From Cyanophora paradoxa CCMP329 (lineage: Eukaryota; Plantae; Glaucophyta), in contig QPMI01000687.1 in the NCBI GenBank assembly GCA_004431415.1, positions 26,745 through 90,744 of the forward strand: a stretch of 64,000 nt of DNA, read 5' to 3'. The position numbers were made by a program, and so were the translations under genes. A model generated the notes under the pieces. It worked only from the letters and a program-made list of their open reading frames with translations, was not told the origin of the DNA and made no database searches. Shown here one piece after another: positions 24,488-35,945 of the stretch. Within the stretch, counting starts at the first letter, position 1. Each line of letters begins with the position of its first letter.

Positions 24488-25590
24488 TCAAGCCTCGACG
24501 GGGGCCCTCTGGGGGGCGCTGTATTGGTTAATAGCCTCGAGCACGCGCTCAAACTTCGCCCCCGAAAATTCGTGAACGGTCTCCCCGTCCACCTGCGCAG
24601 GCAGCGAGGGGCTGCCCGTCAGGCAGGCGCAGGGCCGGCGGCGGCGGGTCCACGGACGATGAAGCGGAATGTTGGGACGGATTTAATTTCGAGACTCCTG
24701 CACAAGTCACGCAGGCCGTCATTCTTGTCGCCAACGATCTTGATGAACGCAAGCTCTGACGACGACGACGTCAGCCAGGAGTCACTAGAGGGCCGGGGCT
24801 AGCAAGGCGAGGGGCGATCACCGTTCCTTTCCGCAGCTAGCCTGGCCATCTTGGGTGCGATGCCCTTACAGGGCCTACAGAAAGAAGCCGATACCCACAC
24901 AATAACCAGGCTCTCGCTCTCCTTCGCAACCTGGAGCACTTTATTTGAGTCCGGTGCGCATCCACAGGTTTGCGCATTGCTTTCATTCCTTTTACCTTCA
25001 AAATTGCTCTGTACTCCTCGGGTGCATCAAGCTCGAAGATCTGGGCGCGGGCCGCCTGCGCGAAAGGAAAGGTGAGGCCACCACATCCGCCCGCCGCCCG
25101 CCGCCCGCCGCCCGCCTAACAGATAGGACACAGAAAGCACCAGATATACAGAAGCTGAACCGCAGCACGGGTAAACCGCCCTAAGATACTTCGCCCGCGG
25201 CACGGCTAAGCTGCTCGCAGCCATCCCGGAGCCACTGCGCCCGCAGCGTGCCTAGACCGCCCAAACGCTTCGCCCCGCCTGAACAGCTCAAAGACAATCG
25301 CACCTCGAGAGGGGCGGGGAGGGGCGTTAAGTGGCCGTTAACGTGCCGCACAGAGGTGCCGTAGAAGGTCCGCGCCAATGGGACTGTGGAGAGAGCGCGC
25401 GGCGCGGTTAGCGCGCACGGGCGCACGAGCCTGGGAAACCAATCTCACCGGCGGCGGCGAACTTGCGGGTAGGACGCTGCTGAGACGAACAAGCGACCGA
25501 CCGCCCGGGCTGCTGCGCGTCCAGGCTGGTGGTGTTGACGAAAGTGCCGCCGCAACGGGCGATGGTAGCGAATGATGCCGCGAAGGCCAT
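24488..25590 (-). CDS. Plastid-targeted thioredoxin-like protein with FCRPC active site
   Basis: Spliced: MAFAASFATIAR...(transit)...AQIFELDAPEEYRAILK|VAKESESLVIVWVSASFCRPCKGIAPKMARLA..|LAFIKIVGDKN..LCRSLEIKSVPTFRFI|VDGETVHEFSGAKFERVLEAINQY...*. Missed by the ORF track because the exons are short. Confidence 0.85.
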
Positions 25591-25840
25591 CTTGAGTTGC
25601 TCTGTCGTAGAGGCAGTCCGTTTAAGGACGCCGGAAGCCCGTGGGCTTGTCAACACGCGCTTTGGTTTGTTTGTTTGTGTACCCGGGTGGCCTCTTTCCC
25701 CCCCAATCTATGCCTCCGCCGTTGGCGTGCCGCACGTGCACTGCCGCCGCCCTCCAGCTGCAATCGCGCACTCCGCGAGGTGCTCGCTAACATTCGTCCT
25801 AATACGGTGCGCGGGGGTGAAAAAAAACGAAAAGGGTGTC

Positions 25841-26610
25841 CTATATGAGCTTGCTGTACTTGTCGTTCTGCAGAGAGGCAGTCGGAAGAGGCGCGCGGGG
25901 GCGGGGGCGGGGGCGGGGGCGGTGACGGGGGCGGACCTTGCGGAAGTAGATCCACCAGCCCATGGCGAGGGCCTGGAAGAGGAGGAGCCACCAGAGGGCG
26001 GAGAGGAGGCCGCCGCCGGCGTGCGCCTTGACGGTCTGGGCGACGGTCTCCTGGAGGCCGGCGAGGTCGCCCGGCTGCCCGCCCCGCGCCCCCTCCATCG
26101 CCGACTTGGCCCGCGCCAGCTGCGTCGAGAAGTCGTTCACGCGGTTCGTCAGCTGCCCCAGGTCCTCCTGCCACGCCTTCTTCACCCAGCCCTTGAAGCC
26201 CTCCGACGCCGCGTCCCTGCCCCCGCCCCGCCCCGTCACGCCCCGCGCGCCGCACGGAGCGCCGGCTGCGGGGCCGCCCGGGGCGGGCGCACAGGAGCTG
26301 CTTCTGGGAGTCGCGGAGGGAGGTGCCGAGGTTGGCGACCTGCTGCTTCAGCGCCTCGTTCTGCTCCCTGCGCCCCGCCTCAGGCCGCGCGGCGAGGGGG
26401 CGCGGGGCTGGGGTGCGGGGCGGGGGCGGCACTTGAGGGAGCGGAGCTCGCCGGCCTGGCGGTTCACCAGCTCCCGCAGCGACTCCACCGCCTGCCCCCG
26501 CCCCGCCCCCCGTCACCCCCCGCCCCGCCCCCGCCCCGCCCCGCCGCCCCGCCGCCCCGCGCACCGCCTCCACCGCCGCCGAGTTGCCCGACACCTGCTG
26601 CGGCGCCGCC

Positions 26611-26643
<33 letters not shown>

Positions 26644-28253
26644 GGGGGCGGCGGGGGCGGCGGGGCCTGCTGGGTCTCCTGCGCGGCCGGCGGGGCCTGC
26701 TGCTGGCTGCCCTGCGTGTTGGGCGTCTCCGCGGGGCGCTCCGCGGCGACCGGCTGCGCCGCCGCCTGCTCCTGGCGCGCCGCCTGCGCGCCCCCCGAGG
26801 GGAGCTGCACCGCCTCAGGGCGGGGCGGGGGGGGGGGGCGGGGGGGCGGGGCGGGGGCGGACGGAGTTGAGCTCGTCGCCGTCGATGGGGCGGAACTGGA
26901 AGCTCATGACGTCGTGGTTGTCGAAGTAGTAGCCGGTGGCGGCGGTGAAGCCGAGGTAGTAGCCCGTGGGGACGACGACGTCGGCGGCCCGGAAGCACTC
27001 CTCGAAGGTGCCCGTGTTGCGCGCGTCGATGGCCACCGCCAGGCCCCGCTTGACGTAGCTCACGCGCACCTTCACGTAGTGCGGCTGGTTCCGGTACTCC
27101 GACACGCACATCCCGATCGTGTGCGCCGCCCCGTCGTGCTGGTGGTCTGCCCCCGCGCGTCGGGCAACACGGAGGGACGCGGGCGCGGCGGCCGCACCAA
27201 AGCTCTTCGTCCCGTCGTTGACCATCGCGTAGACGGCCGGGTTGTTGCTGCGGCGCGTGAGCCGCCCGGCGCCCGGCCGCGCGCGGGGCGCCGGCGCGGG
27301 GGCGGTGCGCACTGGCGGCCGTCGTTGTCAAACTGGGCGGGGCGTGAGGAGCGGGGCCGGGGCGGGGAGGCGCGGGGGCGCGCACGGTGTCGAAGATGAC
27401 GGCCAGGCCGCGGAACTTCTCCGCCCCGCCGAACACCGGACCCTGCTGGTGCGGCTTGTCCACGTACCAGAACGCCAGCCCGTCCGCCCCGGGGTTCTTC
27501 GGCCCTGCGCGCCGCCTCGCGGGGGCCCCGGCACCGCGCCGGGCAGGGCGGGGCGGGGAGCGCGCCGTGGACGCGGAACTCGAAGACCGCCTCCCAGTCG
27601 GGGACCTCCACAGGGGCCATGTTGAAGAGCCAGCCCGAGCGGCTATCCAGCGCCGGCGTCAGCCGCACGTGCCGGTCCTCCAGAATCGCCGCCCCCTGCT
27701 CCCCGCGTCAGAGGCGCCCGCCGCGCGCAGGTGCGACGGGACGCACTCCGAAGTCCCATGAGTTGATGTAGTTGGTTCTGCGGCAGACGCGCATCAGCGA
27801 GTGCGCGCGACTGAGGGCCTCAACGGAGGAGCTGTGGCGCGGGTCTGAATAGAGGGCATAAGCATCGCTTCTCCGGCTGAGGTGCGGCTTGAAAGTGCAT
27901 TTCAACATCGCTTATGCCACTGTCTAAAATAGAGACGGCATCGCGGTCCGAGGCGTCGGCGACGGGCGATGTCGCGTGTGTGCAGACACATTGAGCGCGA
28001 GTTCGCCGTCGACGGCGGTCCGCGAGCACGCTTCTATGCGGAAAGCTCTCTTCTTGATCAATGCCGGCGAGCACGCACCGGAACGGAGCCTGCGATGCGC
28101 CAAATGTGAGTGCTCGGCCGCGAGTTCCGCGCGGGGGCGTCGGTGGCGGAGCGCAAGCGGATACACCTTGAAACTGTGCCGCGGGTCGATCTCGCTGGAC
28201 GCCAGCGCCAGCGCCGCGACCAGGGCCAGCGCAATGGCGGTCAGGGCGCGCAT
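25841..28253 (-). CDS. L-type lectin cargo receptor (ERGIC-53/VIP36, LMAN family)
   Basis: Signal peptide, HSFK|APF, VRLTPALDSRSGWLFN, WEAVFEFRVHG, GADGLAFWY, GPVFGG..FRGLAVIFDT|FDND, YYLGFTAATG..DNHDV, then a Gln/Pro-rich linker, coiled coil, TM helix and tail NDKYSKLI*. Confidence 0.88.
26612..26643 (-). repeat. (CAG)n microsatellite encoding poly-Gln in the lectin linker
   Basis: gctgctgctgctgctgctgctgctgctgctgc on the + strand. Confidence 0.85.
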
Positions 28254-28431
28254 TTCGTTGTCTGCCCTTTCCGACTGCTCTTCGAAACGCGAGGCTCTAC
28301 CGCTGGCCTAGAACTTTCAGTCTTGCCGAGACTTTTCTTCGCTAGGGGGCTACCCTAAATTGAATGCCACGCGCTGCGCGCCAAGGGAATCCGCAGCTTG
28401 AGCTTCCGGCGTTTCAGTTGACACATCGTTC

Positions 28432-31400
28432 ATGGCGGCCGAGCCATCCGGCGCGGTCGCGGCGGAGGAAGTGTGGATGACGGCGGAAGAGATCGAGAGC
28501 GCGCAGCTGCTTTCCCTGCCTCCGAAGAGCGGTGGAAGAAGCGTTATCGGATGCATCGCAGGAAGCTGCGTCGCCATGCCGTCATGGACGCCGATCGGCC
28601 TGCTCCTGAAGCGCAATTCTGCGTACGTGTGCTTAGTGGCCGCGTACGCCAGCTGAGCTGCGCGGCAGGTTCGCCCGACTAGCTGCAGGAGCTTGGACCT
28701 ACTCCTTCGCGGCGCGAGCTCTGCTTCGGGAATTCTGCTCCAGATGGCCAGGTGCGTGCGAGCGACGGCCGCTCCAGCGGGACGCAGCGAGCCGGCGCGG
28801 TCGCGCAGAGGTTCTTTCAGCGGTCGGGGCGGGCGAGCAGGTGGACCCAGCTGAGAGCCACCCGGACCGGAACGTGAACCAGTACGTGCACGGCGTGCCC
28901 CCCGCCGTGGTGGCTGCCCTCGCCGCCTGGCGCGCCGCCGTCCTGCCCCGCGCCCTCATCATATCCTTTCGCGCCGCCTCGCTCGCGCCGCGCTGCGCCG
29001 CCGGCCTGGCGCGGCCCTTGACGTGCGCGGAGAACGAGGAGGACGATGTGGCCGTCCTGCAGGGCAAGACGGCGTGGGCGGCCGAGGCCGGCGAGCCGGC
29101 CCCCTTCCGCCTCAACGCGCGCGCCCCGGAGTTCCGGCCGCCTTCCAGCATCCCTCCGGCCGGCCAGCCGGCGGCGGAGGGCACCGCGCAGGAGGCCGCC
29201 GCGGAGGGGACGGCCGGCGAGGAGGGCGGCGCGGAGGGGGCCCGGCCGGGCGCAAAGAAGCGGCGGCGACGGCGGAGGCGGAGGAAGGGGGTCGGCGGTG
29301 CGGCCGGCGACGAGGCGGCGAGCAGCGGGAGCGAGGAGGGCGCGGAGGCCGGCGGCGTTGGGGCGGCAGCGCCCAAGGGGGCGGACGGGCCGCAGGGCGC
29401 GGGCGGAAAGGCGGCGGGAGCGAGACGGGACGATGGCGAGGCTCCCGTGCGGGGCGTGCTGCGGCTGCCCGCCGAAGCGATGGCGGCTCTGCGCGGCGCC
29501 GACCCCGCCGCCTGGCCCCGCTCCCCGGCGGCCCCGCCGCACGCTCCCCCGAGCGCCCCGCCCCTGTCTGGCTCGCCCGGCCCGCACTGGGCCCCGCCCC
29601 GCGCCGGCCACCGCGGCGGCCACCGCGGCGCCCGCCTCGGCGGACGAGGGCGCGCAGCAGGCGGCGGCCGGCGGGGCGAAGAAGGCGCGGCGGCGGGTGC
29701 GCCTGAGCCAGCGGCGGGCCGCCGCCGGCGGGGCGCCCGAAAAGGGGCGGGAGGGGCGTGAGGAGGGGCGGCGGGCCGAGGAGGCGGCGACGCCGGCGAC
29801 GCCGGCGAGAAGCGGGGCTGGCTCGCCGCCGTCCTCTCGAGGCCGCCCAAGGAGGAGGCGGCGCCGCCTCCCCCCGCCTCCTCGGCCTCGCCGGCGACCC
29901 CGGCCGCCGAGGGGCGCCCCGGCTCGCGCCTGCTGCTCCTCCGGCGCACCCCGGGGACGCCGGCCGCGACGCCGCCCTCGCCCCACCCCACGCCGCGTCA
30001 GCGGCTACGCCACCGACATCCCGCCCTCCAGCGCCGCCCGCTCCCCCGGCGACCCCTCCCCGTCCTCGCCCGCCGCCGCCTGCCACCCTATCTCGCTGCC
30101 GCCCGCGCCGCCGCCCGCCCCGCGCCCCTCGAGCCCCGCGCGCCCCCTCCACCCCCGCCACCCCCGCCGGGGGCGCTGCAAGGCCCTCTCCGCCTCTTCT
30201 ACGGCCCGCCGCCCGTCGGCGGCGCAGCAGCCGCCGCGGAGCCCGTCGCCGGCCCGCGCGCCCCAGCTAGCGGGGGCCCCGGAACTCCGCCGGCCTCCTC
30301 CCAGCGCGGCGGCTCCCGCCCCGAGGCGGCCTCTGGGGCGGGGCCTGCTGCCGCCCCCGCGCTCCTTCCTCAACCCGGGCGGCCCCTCGTTGGCGCGGGG
30401 AGCCCCGAGAAGCCGGCGTGGGGCCCCTCGCGGGTGCCCCAGCCTGCCCCGCCCGCCCAGCCCGAGGCGTGGCCCGAGCTCCCGCGCGGCCCGCGCCCCG
30501 CCGGCCCACCCCGAGCAGCAGCACCGCGCCCAGTGGCCCGCCCTCAGCGCCGGCGCCCCTCGCAGGGCGCCGGCGCCGGCTGAGGCGGGGGGGCGGCGGA
30601 CCTCGGCGTGGCGGCAGCTTCCGAGGGCCCTCGGGGCCGACTCGGACGCCGCCGGCTCCGGAGTGGAGGGCCCGGCGGGGCGCGGCCCGGCGGGGCGCGG
30701 CGCGGCGTACGAGGCCGGTGGGGGTACGAGAGCGCCCCGGGGGCCTTCGCGCGCGCCGCCCCCTCCTCGTACGCCATGGCCGCCCGCGTGCCCCGGCCAG
30801 ACGCCGGCGCCGCCCCGCGCGAGGCTCCCGCCCGGGGCCCCGCCGACGACGGTGCGCGCGCTGCCTCGGGGGCGGGGGCGGGGGCGAGGCGGGTGTGGCG
30901 CAGAGGCGGCGCTGGCGGGGCGGATGGCGGCGATGGCGGCGGTGGCCCGCCGCGAGCAGCGCGCCGCCCGCGAGCGCGCCCGCGCCGCCGCCGCTGCCCA
31001 CGCCCGCGCCCCGCCCGACGACCCCGAGTCGCCCCGCCGTCCCCGCGCGCCCCGCCCCGCACCCCCGCTGGGGCGCACAGGCGCCGCCCCGCCCTCTGCC
31101 CGGGCGCCTCGGCGAACAGGAGCCGTTCCCCGCGCTGCGGGCTCCCGAGCCGCCCGGGCGCCGCCGCGCCGCCCTGGCCCCCGCGGGGCGGCAGTGCGCG
31201 CCCCGCCTTCGGCGCGCAAGAAACCGAAGCCGTCCAAGGCGTGCGGGGCGCGGCGCCGGGGCGGGGCCTGTCGCTGGCTCACCGCGGCGCCCCGCAGGTC
31301 TTCCCACTGGGAGAGTATCTCGGCCTCGCATCCGACTCCGTGCGCCCCGCCACCCCGCCGCCCCGCCCCCGCCCATCCCCCCACCCGCAGGAGCTCGCCC

Positions 31401-32903
31401 TCAACCGCGGGGCGCTTCTCGGGCCCCGCGCCCCGCTCCTCGCCTACGCGCGCTCCGGCGGCCACGCGGCGGCGGGGCCGGGCGGCAGCAGCGGGCGGGG
31501 GCAGGGGCGGCGAACAGCGAGGGGCGGCTGGTGCGGAACCCCAACGCGGGCGCCTCCGCCCAGTTCGTGCGCTCCTCCCGGCCCCCCGACCGCCCGCGCT
31601 GCGCGGGGCGCCCGAGGCCGGCCGCAGATCCGGCGGCGAGGCAAGGAGCGGGAGCTGCCCAAGTCGAAGCGCCTGTCGCGCCTCAAGCGCATCATCAACG
31701 CCGAGCGCGAGCGCCGCAGGCTCGCCGTCGCCGCCATCCCCGCCAGCCCCGCCCCCTCCGCCTTCTCCAAGGCCGCCGGCGGGGCGGGGGCGGGCGGCGG
31801 GGAGGCGGGGGAGGCGGGGCGGGAGGTGCCCGGGGGCTACTACACGGACGGCGACGCGGGGCTCCCCGCCGGCCCCTCGGGCGACTCCAGCGGCGAGGCG
31901 AGCGGGGGCGGCGCCCTCGCCCCACGCCGCCTGGGCCCCGGCGCAGCGGCCGGCGAGACGAGCGCCTCGGAGGCCTTCGACAGCGGCTCGGAGGCCGAGG
32001 CGCCCCCCGCCGGCCCCGCCCCCGGCCCCTGGGGCCCCCTCCACGCGCCCTTCCCCGCCGCCCGTCTGCCCCGCCCCCCGACTCCTTGGGCCCGCCCCGC
32101 CCCCGCCGCCCCGGGCCAGCCACCCTCCGGCCCGCCGCCGCCACCAGCAGCCGCGCAGCTGCCCCGCGAGTCGCCGTACCGCGAGTGCGTGTCGCCGGGC
32201 TGCAGCGGGGCCCGCTGGGCTGGGGGCGATGCGAGGGCCGGGGCGCAGGTACTGCTCGCAGGTGGTGAGCGGGGCGGTGAGCCGGGCGGCGGCCGCCCTC
32301 CTCGCGAAGCTCGTCGAGTTCCAGACGCGCCTCCGCACCCACGACCCCATCAACGTCCGCCCCGCCCCGCCCCGCCCCGCCGGGCGGCGCCGGGCCGGGG
32401 TGAGTGGAGGGCGGGGGCAGTACAAGCGGAAGAAGCGGTACGTGTGCGGGCTGCGGGAGGTGCAGCGGGGGGTGGAGGCGGGGCGGGTGCGCTGCTGCGT
32501 CGTGGCGCCCGACATCGAGCCCGTCGCCGCCCCGGGCGGCCTCGACGACATCCTCGCCGCTATCCTCGCCGCCTCCCGCGCCCGCGCCATCCCCGTCCGC
32601 CCCCCCGGCCCCCGGCCCCCGCCCCGCCGGCCCCCCTGACGCCCCCCAGGTCGTCTTCGCCCTCTCGCGAAACCGCCTGGGGCGCGCCCTCGGCAAGCGC
32701 ATGAAGATGAGCGTCGTCGGCATCTACAACCCCGACGGGCCCGCCCCGCCCCGCCCCGGCGCCCCCCGCCCGCGCCGCCGACGGGGCGGGCGGGGCGCAG
32801 GGCGCACGAGCAGTACCGGGAGATGCTGACGCTGGCGGAGGCGGCCCGCGAGGAGTGGGCCGCCCGCGCCGCCGTCCTGCCCCCCGACCCCGCCCCCTCC
32901 TAG
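28432..32903 (+). CDS. SECISBP2: SECIS-binding protein 2 (SID plus L7Ae domains)
   Basis: SID motif RRRGKERELPKSKRLSRLKRIINAERERR; YCSQVVS..LLAKLVEFQTRL..DP..KKRYVCGLREV..VVAPDIE..GGLDD..|VVFALSRNRLGRALGK..SVVGIYNPDG|AHEQY. Long low-complexity middle with uncertain exon structure. Confidence 0.88.
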
Positions 32904-33513
32904 CTGTAGCTAGCCCCGGGCGGCAGCGCACGAAGAGGGAGTCCGTTCCGGTGTCAGTGGCGGGGCGGGGGCTTGCGGACCGGAGCTCGAGGTAGCCAAG
33001 TGACCATGGGCGAAGGCCTAGGTGTGGCCTGGTCTGGCGGCGGCGCGGGCCGGGGAGGGGCCGGGGCGGAGCTCGGCCCGGCGGGGCACCGCGGCGCCGC
33101 GACGAGCTTGCAATGGAAATTGCTGGCGAGGCGGCGCCGAGCCGGGAGCGCTCGATCAATTGCCCGGGGGCGCTCGATCAATTGCGATGCTAGCGCCCGA
33201 TGCAGAAAGGCACCTTGCGCGCGCGGCGCGGCGCTCAAGGCCGCCCATGGTGTGAGGGGCCGGCCGCGGGTGAGGAGAGCTCGATCGAGGGGGGTAGCGA
33301 GGGACAGTCCTAGCTGCCTCTACCCCCTCTGTGACTGGGACTCTTAGTCTGGGCGGACCTCCGGCAACTCTTGCGTACACGCAGCTTCGGGAGTCCATTT
33401 GTTTTACACTGGCCATAGCGTAGAGCATCCGCGAGCCTGGGACGGCGCGATCTCGTAGCCTGCCGCTGCAGCTCCGACGTTAGCTTCGTTAGCTAGTTAG
33501 AGAGGCTCGCGAG

Positions 33514-34445
33514 ATGCCGCCGATCAGCAATGGCGAGCGCGAGTACATTGTGCGCGGTGCGGAGATGAACCTGCGATCGGACGGGCGCGGCTGCCTCGAC
33601 TACCGATCTTTCTCGATCGAAACGGGCTTGTTAGCGCAAGCGAACGGCAGCGCGCGCGTGCGGCTCGCGCGGACGGACGTGCTGGTCGGCGTGAAGGCGG
33701 AGATAGCGAAGCCGGCGGAGGGGCGGCCCGACCGGGGCATGGTCGCGTGCGCCGTGGAGTGCTGCCCGACCGCCTCCGCCGAGTTCCAGGGGCGGCAGGC
33801 GGAGGAGATCAACGCGGAGCTGACGCGCGTGCTGGAGCAGCAGTTCGAGCACCCGAGCGCGCTGGACTACGCCTCGCTCTCCATCCAGCCGGGGAGGACG
33901 TGCTGGGTCCTCTTCATCGACGCCCTCGTGCTCGCCGCCGACGGGAACCTCGCCGACGCGATCTCGGTGGCGGCGCGCGCGGCGCTGAGCAACACGCGGG
34001 TGCCGAAGATCGAGCTGGTGCCGGGAGACCGCCCCGGGGAGATGGAGATCGAGGTCAGCGACGACCCGCACGAGGCGGCGCCGGTGGGCGTGGCGAGCGT
34101 GCCCCTCTGCGTCACCCTCCACCGCATCGGCTCCCGCTACGTCGCCGACGCCACGCGCGAGGAGGAAGCCTGCTCCACCGCCCGCGTCCGCCCCCGCCCC
34201 CGCCCCGCGCCACTCCGCCGCGCCGGGGCGAGCGGGGCCGGGGGCAGGTGACGGTGGGGGTGGACGGGGAGGGGCAGGTGTGCGCCATGCACAAGCTGGG
34301 GGCGGGGGCGCTGGACCCGGCGTCGCTGGAGGGGATGCTGCAGACGGCGCGCCGGCTCGGCGCGGCCCTCATCAAGGCCCTCGACGCCTGCCTCGCCGCC
34401 GAGCGCCGCCTCGCCGACGCCCCCAAGGTCGCCTTCCTCTCCTGA
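33514..34445 (+). CDS. EXOSC7: Exosome complex component RRP42 (RNase PH fold)
   Basis: ISNGEREYIVRG..NLRSDGRGCLDYR, QANGSARVRL..TDVLVGVKAEI, CWVLFIDALVL..DGNLADAIS.A..AAL.NTRVP. One intron at 34186-34247. Confidence 0.92.
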
Positions 34446-34674
34446 CACCGCCCCCGCTCCCCCGCCCCGTGCCCCGCCCCGTGCCCCCGGCCCCTCCCGT
34501 CCCCGCCTCCCCCCCCCCCCCCCCCCCTCTGCCCCCTCTCTGCGAATGCATGTCTCAGCATCCGCCCCGCCGCCGCGGGCCCCGCTGAGAGAAGAGGGTT
34601 TGGACTATGAATCTGCTACACAAACTAGCCCTGCCTAGAAAGTACACGAGGGGCGCGAGGGCGCGAGGGCCTGC

Positions 34675-35815
34675 TCACGCTCCCGCCGGTCGCCCGATGT
34701 TTATCCTCTCGAGGGCGCCCTCGAGCTGCCGGCGGGCGCTGGTCACGCGACAGCGCGCGAAGGAAAGCAAGGGAGCAGGGGGTGGGGCACCCGCTTGGTG
34801 TGGTCGCTGGTGAGGGCCGTGGAGGAGAGGAGCTCGGGGACGGCGGCGGCGGTGTTGGCGGGGGAGACGCGGGGCAGGGCGAAGGTGCCGACGGTGAGCT
34901 CCTTCATCTGCGCGGCGCGCTGGCTGATCATCTTCTCCCGCTCCCCCGTCTCCTTCCCCTCCGGCGCTTGCGTGATGTCGATCATGCTCCTGCGGGCCGC
35001 CTCGGGGGGGGCGCCGAGGGGCGCCGGCGGGGGCCGCGGAGGGGCGGGGGCGGGGGCGCGCGGCGCACGCGACGGCGCGGTCGGAGATCTCCTTCAGCAC
35101 GTCCTCCCGCGTCTTCTGCTTGGAGCCCTGCTGCTGCGCCTCCGCCCGCGAGCCCGCCGCCCCCCTTCCCTCCACGCCCCCGGCCCCCGACGGTCCTGGC
35201 CGGCCTCCGTCCACCATCGCCACGTCGGTCATGTTGAGCGGCTGCACCTGCGCGCGCCGGGCGCGGTGACGATGCGCGGGGTGGAAGCGGCGCCGCTCCG
35301 CGCACGTCTTTGTCCGATTCGAGGAACGCTCGGACAACAACGCTCGACGCGATTGCTTGCTGAATGAGCAACCCCTGCAAGTATGTATCCAGCTCGGCTG
35401 CGGCGCGCGGAGTGGGCGAGGTTCAATCTGAGGGCGCGCTAGCTAAACAGACGCACCGCGGCGCTTCTGCACGAATGATGCCTCCATGGAATCGCCAAAG
35501 AAGCGCTTTCCAGGAAACTTCGGGATTCGAGGGAAGCGCTCCTTGAGCTGGGCGCCAGGGGTCGCGTCGAGTGCCCCGCGAGAATGCGCGGGGCGCGGAC
35601 CTGGTCGTTGAACTCATCGAATTGACTGTATCGTTTGTACAGCCGCCAAGACGGCTCGGCGCCCTTCTTCACCTCCACGATGTACACCTTCGAAGTGCGC
35701 GTGGGCGGGCGCGCGGGCGGAAGGGTGCGGGAGGCCGCACTGTGTGTGCCTTCTTAGCATCGCGCACTGTCGCCGAGCCCACGATCTTCGCCGCGTACTC
35801 GACGTGCGCCGCCAT
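34675..35815 (-). CDS. PX-domain protein with a LAMTOR1/Ego1-like C-terminal region
   Basis: PX domain: HT|VYIVEV..WRLYKRYSQFDEFNDQ|LKERFPRIPKFPGKRFFG..FVQKRRA|ELDTYLQGLL....VVRAFLE. C-terminal half: REDVLKEISDRAVASMIDITQ...QRAAQMKEL...LPRVSP...PELLSSTALTSDHTKR|LEGALERINIG. Confidence 0.8.
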
Positions 35816-35945
35816 CGCCAGCTGTACCCCAACTGCCAACAAAGCCCACTGTACCCCCGCAACCTCCGAATTGTTGAAGTCGAAGTCGCATACGAATCCA
35901 CGTGCGATCACGATCGATTATTAGCAACAACCGCCCTCCCATGCC

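Noticed and set aside
24860-24900. Selenocysteine in the thioredoxin, given the nearby SBP2 gene
   Set aside because: Both active-site residues are TGT Cys codons; there is no in-frame TGA.
8022-28253. Functional gene cluster (ER quality control SEL1L plus lectin; ribosome biogenesis RSL1D1, EXOSC7, WDR3)
   Set aside because: The genes are interspersed with unrelated ones, which fits chance in a gene-dense housekeeping region.
29046-32639. Very long Arg/Pro/Gly/Ala-rich ORFs (this 1197-aa ORF, 11826-15593, 30005-32590 and many others)
   Set aside because: Stop-codon scarcity at very high GC explains them. Only short stretches match real protein, and the true genes change frame at short introns.
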